Assembly: GCF_009914755.1 (NCBI RefSeq)
Contig: NC_060938.1
Reading direction: 5' to 3' (one strand)
DNA from: the human T2T-CHM13v2.0 reference genome, Homo sapiens
Length of the DNA: 64,000 nucleotides
Shown here: positions 50,206 through 64,000 of the stretch, in pieces
How the letters are laid out: each line of letters starts with the position of its first letter
How positions within the stretch are numbered: the stretch's first letter is position 1
Program-made: the position numbers and the translations under genes
Notes under the pieces: model-generated
Database searches by the model: none
What the model was told of the DNA's origin: nothing
The model's input: the letters and a program-made list of their open reading frames with translations, nothing else

Positions 50206-51153
50206 TTCAGGCACTCCGTGCAATCGACTACCCCACCCCAGCTCACTCACAGGTAGATCAACTGGGACCAGAGCTAAGGTTTCTGGCCTCTTTCAGCCAG
50301 CAATGGGTTGACTGTACATCACATGGACCTGGAGGAGACACACATGGTTTCTCTAGTGTGTGCTCCCGAGAGGCATCCAATCCCCTAGTGTCCCTCCTAC
50401 AGAGGAAACCCTCCAGGCAGAGGACATGGCTCCTAGGGCTCCAAGAGGCAGCCCCAGTGGCCAACTAGAAGAGGTTTTGATCTGCAGACAACCTATTAGG
50501 TTACTTAACTTCCCCACCCCCACTGCCTATGCCTGTGGTTGGTAATAATAGTAAATACTTTACTTAGAACAGCCAGGCACTGTTCTAAGCACTTTAATGT
50601 ATTATCTTGTTAATCTTCAGTCCCTCCCACATGGAATGCGCTGTTACTATCCCCATTTGATACTGAGGCACAGAGTGGGTATAGAACACGTGGCCGCAAG
50701 GCTGGCCTGGCCTCTGAGCCGCTGGTGCCAATGGGCTTCCCTTCCTCATTCCTGCTCCTGCTGTTCCTCCGAAGCCCCTTTCCCTTCCTTGCTAAGCCTG
50801 GCACAGTGACGGGGTTTCTGCTTAGCCCTCAGGGCCTGCTTATTCTCCTCTGACACCTGTAGAGCTGAGGGAGCACCAGCCTGGCTCTCTGCTTTGGGGT
50901 CTTCAGTCAAGTGCTATTTAGAAAAGGTGGGGCCCCCTTCTAGCTTGACCTCTGAAGCACCCTGGTAATCCCCAGAGAATTTACTGAACAAAGCCCGACA
51001 AAGGAAGGTCCAAATCATGGGAAGAGAAAGCCTCATGGTTCTTAGTACTGGGTACAGCAAGTCCCCTGGATTAGGGCAAAAGCTGCCCAACAAATCTACT
51101 TGTTTTTGCTGTGTTTGATCAAATCTTCTTTTGGGGCATTTAGTGAGGTTTAA

Positions 51154-51514
<361 letters not shown>

Positions 51515-51855
51515 TAGTATTTTATCTTTTATGTTGCCACTTAAATATAAAAAAATTCTACAGTACCTGCTAACTGGTGGTTGTTTATATATATGAAAAC
51601 TATAGGTTTTGTATACTTACTTTGCATCCAGCCAGGGTATTGAACTCTTTTTTGTAAACAGTGGATTTTCAGGGATGAAATAGATCTATCGTGTTGAGAA
51701 GTATTCATATACTCCTACTTTACTGTGTGTTTTTATGAAGATTGGCTTATCAGTTTTGTCAAATGCTGTTTCAACATCTATGAACATGATTATATGATTT
51801 TCTCTTTAGAGCTATTAAGATAAATTATGTTAATAGCTTTTCTAATATTGAGTAG

Positions 51856-52222
<367 letters not shown>

Positions 52223-52699
52223 ATGTCTTAGTTTTAAATGAGTTGTTGGGTTTAGAATTGATGCCCTTATATGAGACTGATTTATAGTTGGTTTGTTTTG
52301 TATACACTTAGACAGAATTTTTTTTCATTATTATGTTGGCTTTATAGAAAGAATTTGAAAAATTACCTCATTTTTTCATGCTCTGAAACAGTTTGCATTA
52401 TTAGAATTCTGTTCTTTGAGAGTCTGATAGAGTTCCTCTACTTTTTGATGCTACTTTTAGGAGAGTCAATTCTCAGAATTTTCTCTTTTTCTTATAGAAT
52501 AGACCTGTCTTGATTTTTCTCTTTCTTCTGAGTTAGTTTTATTGTTATATTTTTCCTAGAAAACTGTTCATTTCATTCATATTAATAAGTGTGGTTCTCT
52601 TAATTGCCTCTGTATCCATGGCTACTATCCTATAATTGGTTATTCTGTGTATACGTACTTTTGTCCTTTCTTTCCTCACTGGCTAGTTAGTGGTTTGTT

Positions 52700-53012
52700 G
52701 CATGTTGCGTTCCCCAGGGGAGAGGACTCCGAGGGGGAGCTGAGTGTACAAATATTTATCAGAGAATGCAGCTGGAATAAACACCCGTGAAAGGGAGGGG
52801 AAGGAAGCAGGAGAGAACAGAAGGAGAAGTCTTGCTGTGATGCAGTTCCAATAAACCTCTGGTGACATCCTGGGCAGCTCTGGAACTAGAATAGCCCATC
52901 ACTGTTGTTTTCCATTAGGCTGGGATGTCCAGGCTTCTGTTCCTGCTTTGAACAGCTAGTGGAGACATCACTCCAGAAAGGGGTGCAACTTTGAGTGAGG
53001 GTCTATCTGCAG
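52700..53012 (-). mobile_element. Old ERVL LTR fragment (LTR33/LTR16-like)
   Basis: 'gaaggaagcaggagagaacagaaggagaagt...gctgtgatgcag', 'gggcagctctggaactagaatagccc'. Confidence 0.5.
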
Positions 53013-53801
53013 CACAGCGTAGGGGAGCGAAAATCAACTTCCCGCCACCCTTCTTGGTGCCTTGGCTGGGCTATGAATTAAACGAACATAAAACAGATCA
53101 ACAGGAGGAAATTGTATTTAATTATGTGCACATGCTGGGGAGTCCTATAAAATATGAGACTAGAAGGGTCCAATGATTGAAGCTTAGACAATATCTTGAA
53201 CTACAGGATGGAGGGGGAAGCTTATACGGCATATTAGTCCATCTTGCACTGCTATAAATAAATACCTGAGACTAGGTATTTATAGAGAAAAGAGGTTTGA
53301 TTTTATTGCTTTTATTTGTATTTATTTCTTCTGTTTTCTTTTGAGTCAGATGCCTAATTCATATGTTCCTTTTTCTTTCATGTTTATTTTTATAAATATT
53401 TTTAAGGTTATTTATTTTCCTCTGAATATGACTTTAGCTGTATTCCATAGGTTCTGACACATCTTGGTTATTTTTTTCCTAGAAAGTCTGCAGTTTTTGT
53501 TTGTGTTTTTTCAGACCTTAAACCTCTTAATTTGTTTAAGAGTTTTTTAAAATCTGCAGATGAAAGGAACTTTTTGTTTTCTGATTGTTACTAATTTCTA
53601 ATTTTATTGCCTTTGACTAGAAAATGTTATATGTACTGTTTCTAGTGTAAACCAAAAATAAAATTCTAAGCCCCCTGATATGGTTTGGATCTGTGTCCCC
53701 ATTCTGTAACAACCCAATCCAGGCAGGATGGGCCATCCAGAAATGGCCCAGATCCTTCAGGAATTAAGGTTTTGGTCACCCTACTGCGGGTACCAGTTTT
53801 C

Positions 53802-54188
53802 TATATTAGACTGTTCTCACAATGCTATAAATACCTGAGACTGGGTAATTTATAAAGAAAAGAGTATTAATTGGCTGATGGTTCTGCAGGCTTTACAGGA
53901 AGTGTGGCACCAGCATCTGCTCAGCTTCTGAGGAGGCTTCAGGGAGCTTTTACTCATGGTAGGAACTGAAGCAGGAGCAGGCACTTCACATGGCAAAAGC
54001 AGGAGCAAGGGGTAGGGGAAGGTACCACAGGCTTTTAAACAACCAGCTCTCATGAGAACTCCCTCGCTCATCACCAAGGGGATGGGCTAAGCCATTCACG
54101 AGGAATGTGCTCCCATCATCCAAACTCTTCCACCAGGAGGTGGGAATTACATCTCAACATGAGATTTGGTGGGAGCACAGGTCCAAAC
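53802..54188 (-). mobile_element. MSTA/B MaLR LTR
   Basis: 'aatacctgagactgggtaatttataaagaaaag', 'ttttaaacaaccagctctcatgagaactc'; adjacent MST-int-like start gaaaactggtacc. Confidence 0.85.
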
Positions 54189-54988
54189 ACCCAACCAACT
54201 GAATGGACTGCACCCTCTTGGATAAGGGGATCCCAAAGAAACTTCACAAATTAGTTCAGACCATGATGGGAAAGAGGTTGGCTCTGCCTCGTTATACCCT
54301 CCTCCCTTCTGGAGTTTCCGCACAACTGATTAGCATTGACATTAGAGATCATAAGACTGATAAAACAGACTCTTTGTAGCAATAAGATACCAAACTCCAA
54401 CCTGATTCTGGTATAGCATCACATGACAGATAACAGGCCCTAAAGGAAATCAAAATATTTTACCCCAAAATATATTTCTTTGACATATTTTGGAATGGCC
54501 CTAAAAAGCCATCTCTTGTGGGAGAAATTTGCATTCTGTAGAGTGTCTGTCTCTTTCCCTTACTAGATCTTTTCCAGAGTCTGACACTTTTTAAAGTCTG
54601 AAAAGAGACATTTACCATCTATTCTCTCTGAAGCTTGCTATGTGGAGCCTTCGTTTACATAAAAAGAACCTTGGCTGCCACAACTCAAGCATTTCCTTCT
54701 GCTGACTTCAACTCTCTAGGCAAATCTTAACTCTTTCAACCAACTGCCAATCAGAAAAATCTTTGACTCCACTTACTTATGACCTGTACGTCCCATCCCG
54801 GCGCTTCGAGATATCCCACCTTTTCTGGCTGAATGAATGTACAACTTTACATATATTGATTTTATTGATTTATGTCTTTTCCTGTAACTTCGGTGTCCCT
54901 AAAATATATAAAACTAAGCTGTAACCTGACCACCTTGGGCTCATGTTCTCAGAACCTCTTGAGGCTTGGTTCAGAATAAACCTCTTCA

Positions 54989-55294
<306 letters not shown>

Positions 55295-56044
55295 TCAAAT
55301 ATTTTATAGAATTTGTTTTTTTTGGGTTAACACTAGTATTTGTAATTTTTGAGGTTTCCTTTGTGGACTTAATATATGATCAATTTTTGTGAAAGTACCA
55401 TAGGTGCTTGGAGAGGCATATTTTTAATTTTTAGGATACACAGTTTGATGTATATTAATTCAAATGTACCTTATCAATTATTTAAGTATTCTATATCTTA
55501 TTTATTCTTTGCTCCACTTAATGCTTTTTGGCTCTTATTCTAGCTTATTTTGTATTTAAGATGATGGCCTCTGCTTTTTTTGTTTGTTTGCATCTGCTTT
55601 GTATATCTTAGCACAAACTTCCATTTCCAACCTTGCTACATATATTTTTTCAGGTGTGTATTCTGATTGTTGCAAAGAGGTAGATTTTGTTTAGTGATCC
55701 AATCTGAACATCTTTTTATTTTAATAAGTAAATTAAGCCATTTATATTACTGATGTGACAGATACGTTGGGTTTAGTTCTGACATTCTAATTTATGCGAT
55801 ATTTTCTGTATTTAGAAAAGTCTTTTTGCTGTATTTTTTTTTCTTTGCATTAGTTCTCTGTCTAGTACTTCTGACGTTTAGAAAGGTATCTATTTTTGTT
55901 TTGTTCATAAAAAATAATTCATAATTATACTTTTATTTAATACCCTTAAGTCCTTTATTTATTTCAAAAATACCTACTAATTCCTTAACATGAGAAGTGA
56001 TAACATTAGCATGCTTCCTTTTACTTCCCCTCCCCTTCTTCTTC

Positions 56045-56323
56045 TTTTTTTTTGTTTTGTTTTTTTGTTTGTTTGTTTTTTCTTTTTTTTTTTGCTCTGT
56101 TGCCCATGCTGGAGTACAGTGGCATGACCATGGCTCTCTGCAGCCTCTACCTCCCAGCTCAAGCAATCCTTCCACCTCAGCATCCCAAGTAGCGGTAGCT
56201 AGAACCATAAGCATGCACTACCATGCCCGGTTAATTTTTAAATTTTTTTGTAGAGCCGGGGTCTTGCTATGTCACCCAAGCTTTGGCGTCCCAAAGTGTT
56301 GGGATTACAGGCATGAGCCACCG
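56045..56323 (-). mobile_element. AluJ with internal deletion
   Basis: Antisense Alu with part of the left arm missing. Confidence 0.88.
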
Positions 56324-56665
56324 CTTCTTTATCCCTTGGTTTTTGTCAAGGTTCTCTTTCTTAACATTTCTTTTGAACTGTTACATATGCTTATATGTCT
56401 ACCACTTGTTACATTTTAAATAATATCTTTGAGTCCCTTTTTTACAGATGAAGCCATCTGTGAACCTAATTGTCCCCCTAACTGCTTTCCCTCTTTCTCA
56501 TTCTTCATTGTATAATTTTTACATTGTCATGAATAATTACATTTAATATTCCATCCAGTAGCATTTTCTCTGACATGAGGTGTTTCATTTCAATACACAA
56601 ATTTAAGACTCAGAAGTGATTCTCTGAATTTTACCTTTAAATGTTCTTCCATTTCATTCTCTTGA

Positions 56666-57063
<398 letters not shown>

Positions 57064-57184
57064 TGAATTTCTTCCATATGTTCTCTATGTCTATCATTGT
57101 TTTCTCTAATCCTTTTTAGTTATGCCTTTGTTTCCATTTTATCTTATTCTCTTTTAATTTTTATCTTTAGTGTCCTTATTATGA

Positions 57185-58452
57185 TTTTTTAAACTTTTAT
57201 TTAGGTTCAGGGGTCCATGTGCACGTTTGTTATGTAGGTAAGCTCATGTCATGGGGGTTTGTTGTACAGATTATTTCATCATGCAGGTACTAAGCCTAGT
57301 ACCCAAGAGTTATTTTTGCTGATCCTCTCCCTCCTCTCACCCTCTACCCTTAAGTAGTCCCCAGTGTCTGTTGTTTCTCTTTCTGTGTCCATATGTTCTC
57401 ATCATTTAGCTCCCACTTATACATGAGAACATGTGGTATTTGGTTTTCTGCTCCTGCATTAGTTTACTAAGGATAATGGCCTCCAGCTCCATCCATGTTC
57501 CTGCAAAGGACATAAACTCATTCTTTTTTATGGCTACATAGTATTCCGTGGTGTATATGTACCACATTTTCTTTATCCAGTCTACCATTGATGGGCATTT
57601 AGGTTGATTCCATGTCTTTGCTATTCTGAATACTGCTGCAATGAACATTGCATGCATGTGTCTTTATGGTAGAACGATTTATATTCCTTTGGGTATATAT
57701 CCAGTAACAGGATTGCTGAGTCAAATGGTAGTCCTGTTTTTAACTCTTTGAGGAATCACCACACTGCTTTCCACAATGGTTGAACTAATTTACACTCTCA
57801 CCAGTAGTGCATAAGCATTCCCTTTTCTCCGCAGCTTCGCCAGCATCTGCTACATTTTGGCTTTTCACTAATAGCCATTCTGACTGGTTTAAGATGGTAT
57901 CTCATTGTGGTTTTCATTTACATTTCTCTAATGATCAGTAATAATGAGCTTTTTTTTCATATGCTTGGTGGTTGTATGTATGTCTTCTTTTGAAAAGTGT
58001 CTCTTCAAGTTCTTTGCCTACTTTTTAATTGTTTTTTTTCTTGTAAATTTGTTTAAGTTTCTTTTAGATGCTGGATATTATTAGGCCTTTGTCAGATGCT
58101 TAGTTTGCAAATATTTTCTCCCATTCTCTAGGTTGTCTGTTTACTCTGTTGATAGTTTCTTTTGCAGTGCAGAAGCTCTTAAGTTTAATTAGATGCCATT
58201 TGTCAATTTTTGCTTTTGTTGTAAAGACACTTTTGGCATCTTACTCATGAAATATTTGCCCATATCTATATCCAGAATGGTATTGCTTAGATTTTCTTCT
58301 AGGGTTTTTATAGTTTGGGGCTTTACATTTAAGTCTTTAATCCATCTTGACTTGATTTTTGTATGTGGTATAAGGAAGGGGCCCAGTTTTAATCTTCTTC
58401 ATATGGCTGCTCAGTTATCTCAGCACTATTTATTGAACAGGGAGTCCTTTCC
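57185..58452 (-). mobile_element. 5'-truncated older L1PA (about PA11-PA15)
   Basis: 3'UTR 'ggttcaggggtccatgtgcacgtttgttatgtaggtaagctcatgtcatgggggtttg'; TSD-like tattatg flanks. Confidence 0.9.
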
Positions 58453-58563
58453 CCTATTATGTTTTTCTAAAATGCCTATGTTCCCTGTGCTCCTTTCAAG
58501 TTTTGCTTTTTTCCCGCTGATATTTTCCCAGATTTCACTAGCTCAAATTTTATCTGCTCCTGA

Positions 58564-58872
<309 letters not shown>

Positions 58873-58964
58873 CTGTTCTTTTCCTTTGTAGAAGCAATTA
58901 CTTCATTAGTTATTTTAATCCTTAACAAAATATTTTCTCATGATTTCCATCTATTTCATGGTAA

Positions 58965-59371
<407 letters not shown>

Positions 59372-59655
59372 TAGTTTCGTTATTATTACTTACTTTGAAT
59401 GATACGCATTTTTGTGGAAGCTGTTTGCAGGAGATTCTTCTGGGGCAGAGGAGCAGGAACTTTTCAGGCTTTATAAACCAAAGGCTCTTTACTATCTGCA
59501 AATATGGCTCATCTGGGTGATTCTTTGTGTCATCCATTTCTACTGTTTCTCTGACCAAACCAGACCTGGGAGGTCATCACTAGCCTTGCTTATCCCAGTT
59601 TCTGTACAAAAATTAGCAATTATTATTGTAAAATTACAATTACTATTGTAAATAA

Positions 59656-60136
<481 letters not shown>

Positions 60137-60294
60137 TAGCATATTTTGATGTCTGCGAACTGTATTTATCTCCTAGTATAGCTGAAATTGAGTTTGTGGT
60201 TTTTTTTTTATTCTTTTTATTGCTTCTGTATAATTTCCAGGAGAAGGAAAAAGATGCTGATTTGCATAACTGTGTTTATGTCAGACATTCTGAA

Positions 60295-61024
60295 GAATGA
60301 CCTTCTTAAAATAAAAACCAGATCATGTCATTCCCAGCTTAAAATCCTTTGGTGACTTCATACTTAATATAGAGTAAAATCTAAATTTCTTCCCAGTACT
60401 AATAAGTCTCGTGTGATGGTCTATGTTTATTTCTGTTTATCTCTCCAACCACACCTTAAATCTGTCTCATGTACAACATGCTCCAGCCACACTGGCTTTC
60501 TTGGGGCCTTTAGAATATGCCTGGTTCCTGCCCACTTTAGGGTCTTTGTCCATTAAACACTACTTTTGTCCTGCCTGCTCTGGTCCCAGAATTCTTTACA
60601 TTATTAGGTCCATCTCATTCTATAGGACTGATCTTAAATAACACATTTTCTGAGATGCCTTCCCTGTCTACTCTCTCCTGGCCCTTGCTTGCTTCTTTCA
60701 TAGCACTTAAAATTTATTTATCTTTCTCTTTCCCTTCTTCCCTGCTTCTCTCCCCCTTTCCTATATTTCTTTTCTTTCCTTATTACTCCCTCCCTTCCTC
60801 CCTCCCTCCTTCCCTTCTTTCTTCCTTCCCTCCTTCCCTTCTTCCTTCCTTCCTCCCTCCTTCTTTCCTTTTCTTTCTTTCTTTTTATATTTTAGAAGTA
60901 CAGTGCAGGAACAGTGATTATCTTGTTCTTCCTTTAACTTCAATACCTAACACAATGCCTGTTCATAATAGGTACTAAGAGATGTGTGTTAAAGCAATGA
61001 GTACATTATTGAATGAATAAATGA
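60295..61024 (+). mobile_element. L2 3' region with embedded (CCTT)n tract (about 60787-60883)
   Basis: 'cagatcatgtcattcccagcttaaaatcc', 'ctccagccacactggct', terminal 'ttgaatgaataaatgaa'. Confidence 0.75.
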
Positions 61025-61290
61025 AGATCGTTTTCACACATGGGAGTCATATTTTAACAGGGAACTTGATAGAGTCTGTTGTTTACAGTGGAGAGCAAAT
61101 ATAGGTTGGAAAAGGATCTGGAGACCCTTTCTTGGAAGGGTTGGCTGTAGGAACAAGAAATATTTTGTTTTGGAAAAGGAAAATTTGGGGATGGATAGTA
61201 ATAGCCTTCAAATATAGGAAGATTAATCTTGCAGAAAAGCATTTTCACCGCAAGAATCATCTAAGGAGCTTGTTAAAAATATGGAATCCC

Positions 61291-61661
<371 letters not shown>

Positions 61662-62467
61662 CTAGAGAATATTTTGTTTGTTCTGTTTTTTTAACAAGCA
61701 CCCAGGTATTTTTTAAGAAAATGGTGGGAAATGCCATTTTATAAGTGGTATAGTTGTCACTGTGGGAAAAACTAGGACTCATGGGCTCAAATTATAGGGA
61801 GGCAGACTTGGACTCAACAGAAGGCGATTGTTTCAAACTAGAAGGGTCGCCAAGTGGATGAGGCTGTCTCCCTGCCTGGATTCCAGGAGAGCCCTTCAAC
61901 CTTCCAGGGGCTAATCCTATAGTAAGTGAATGAGATTCATATGTAAATGGCTGAAATCTTGGGTTCAAGGAAGTGCAAAGTCTTTCAAATGCTTGGGGAT
62001 AGCAGTTATTGCAAGAGTGGGAAAAGGTAGCAAACAACGAGTAAACAAAACACAAAAACCACACACACATAAAAATAAGGGAATGTTGGGGAAAAGGGAA
62101 ACAAAATAGTGGATGTAATTAAACCCTCATAACTTTACTGTGAAGCATGTTTAAAAAAAATTAAACCCTTGATGGTCTTGAAGAGCAGAGGAAATCACAT
62201 TTTTAATATACTTAGAACCATGGGATAAACAACAAGATTGATGAAGTGAACTGCAGTCTCAGTTATTAACTCGATTAACTTAAAGTGCAAGGGCCTTAGC
62301 AATTAGCATGCAGAATCATCTTGCGTTTGCAAGTAAAAAATTATGAGGAAATGGACTGTGAAGCGGAGGTCTCAGGGCTGCAGGAGATGAACTGGCCAGA
62401 GCAGATTCATCTGTAGTCAGTAATGCCCCCAGCAGCTTTGAAGGGGGAGGGAAGCTTGTGGCCACTT

Positions 62468-62486
62468 CCGACCTCCAGGTGGCAAG
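62468..62486 (+). promoter_or_regulatory. CTCF core motif candidate
   Basis: ccgaCCTCCAGGTGGCAag matches the CC(A/T/G)(C/G)YAGRKGGCR core, in unique DNA. Confidence 0.45.
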
Positions 62487-62929
62487 TCAGATGCAAAAGG
62501 TCTGATTTGTTTCTGGATCTCGTTGCAGGCTGCTATAGAATTGGAGGCTGATTCTAGAAACTCACTCTAGACAGGCCTGAGGGGGGCTCAGAAAGTTAGG
62601 AGTGATCATTATTATTGTTTCTGAATATTTATTAAGTCCCTTATATATTATTTAATTCTCATAAAAATCCTGAAAGAAGGATTTAATCATCCCCATTGTC
62701 TATTGAAGAAACTGAGGCTCTGAGAGATTGTATAACTTGCCACCCAAAACATAGTTATTCCCTTAATAAATGCTCACTGAGTATTTCCTAGGGGCTAACA
62801 AGTGAAAGATCTTGGATTTGAATCTTTACCTAACTCTAAACTGCATACCCTTTCTTTTAAACAAAGGATTAACTTTAATATTAACTAAAATGCCATTACA
62901 AACCTGTAAGAAAATTTCCAGTAATTCAA

Positions 62930-63320
62930 AAGAAACTGGCAAATGGCATGCATAGGCAGTTCACACAAAAAAATTAATATAATGAATGGGGTGTAAAATT
63001 GTAAAGACATTGCAGTAAAAGGAATGCAAGAAACAAGCAATGGCATATTTGTTGAGGGATATGTAAGCTAGTGTATCCTCTTTGAAGCTAAGCTTGGCAA
63101 TATCTATGAGAATTTTAAATGCCCATTCTATTTGGCCCAGAAAATCTACTTGCTTATGTATATATACATATATATATATATGTGGAAATAAGGAAAGGTA
63201 TATCTCTGGAGACACTCATTTTAGTGTTGTTTGTAAGAGCAAAGGACTAGAAGAAACCCAAATGATCTTCAATTGGGGAATTATTTTAAATAAGTCATGG
63301 TAAAACATAAAATGAAAAAA
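62930..63320 (+). mobile_element. Ancient L1ME 3' fragment
   Basis: 'aaaatggcatgcataggcagttcacacaaaa', 'cttggcaatatctatgagaattttaaatgcccat'. Confidence 0.6.
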
Positions 63321-64000
63321 AAATTACAAAGCCCACATTTAATTACTGGATGAGCCCACCTCTCAAAAATGATGGGGAGAGTCAGTGATAGTCATGGCAC
63401 CTTATAGAGAGATGTAAAACTTTGTATTTCTTGATCATTTGCAAATATACTATTTATCTGGAGCCTTTCAGCAACTCTGAGAAGCAGACAGAGCAGGTAT
63501 TATTCCATCCTATACATAGACAAGGAGTTGTCCACTATAATGGTGAGAAATGACAGAGGCCTAGAATGCAGCTTTGGGGACTCTGCCCAGTGCTCTTCAC
63601 GACACCAGCATTGGGAAAATAGGCATCTGTGGAGGGAGTGTCACCTTCCTCTGGAGAAGGGATAAGATCAAGGAATCATTGTTTAAGTTGATAGGGAGAG
63701 GGCCCCTTGGGATAGAGTGGCTTGCTCAGCTAGCAGAATAGTTTATCTAGCTCCTGGTGAGCCTACTCTTTCCTCCCACCTTGGGGAGCAGACAGCTCTG
63801 GGCAAAAGACACTGAACACTCTCACCACTGTTCCTGGATGACCAAAATAAAGGTAATTCTTATAGCAGATACCTCCATTGTGGTACTTGTCCCTTTGAAT
63901 ACTCACAGAGGCTCAAACCTGACTTTTCTATCTTAAGACCAAATAGAGAGCAGGCGAGTAAAACTGAATCAACCTTGAAGTGAGGAAGTCATGGAGATCG

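Overview
Catarrhine-primate (most likely human) genomic DNA that looks intergenic or lncRNA-bearing, with well over half of it made of interspersed repeats. I find no intact protein-coding gene. Nearly all ORFs in the supplied track are Alu, L1, Tigger, LTR or microsatellite read-through. Main contents: about 31 Alus; a 4.9-kb L1PA5-like element with an inverted 5'UTR and a decayed ORF2; older L1 fragments; four solo ERV1 LTRs between 9 and 21 kb (LTR17/HERV-W, MER61-like, MER4A-like, MER50-like) plus a MER4-group LTR at 53.6-55.3 kb; MaLR/ERVL LTRs; and DNA-transposon fossils (full-length Tigger1, partial Tigger2, Tigger3a, hAT elements). Best leads: (1) a minus-strand TATA promoter with three exon-like segments at 0.4-2.5 kb, probably a lncRNA; (2) two near-perfect p53 response elements in the MER61-like LTR about 9 kb upstream of it; (3) an L1 inversion junction that points the antisense-promoter region and the ORF0 ATG into ORF1-3'/ORF2; (4) an apparently internally inverted Charlie-type transposase fossil; (5) a possible MER50-LTR-driven spliced transcript. 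Repeat family names come from my recall of consensus sequences and need RepeatMasker/Dfam confirmation. I cannot name the locus, and the sequence alone does not demonstrate a new biological system.
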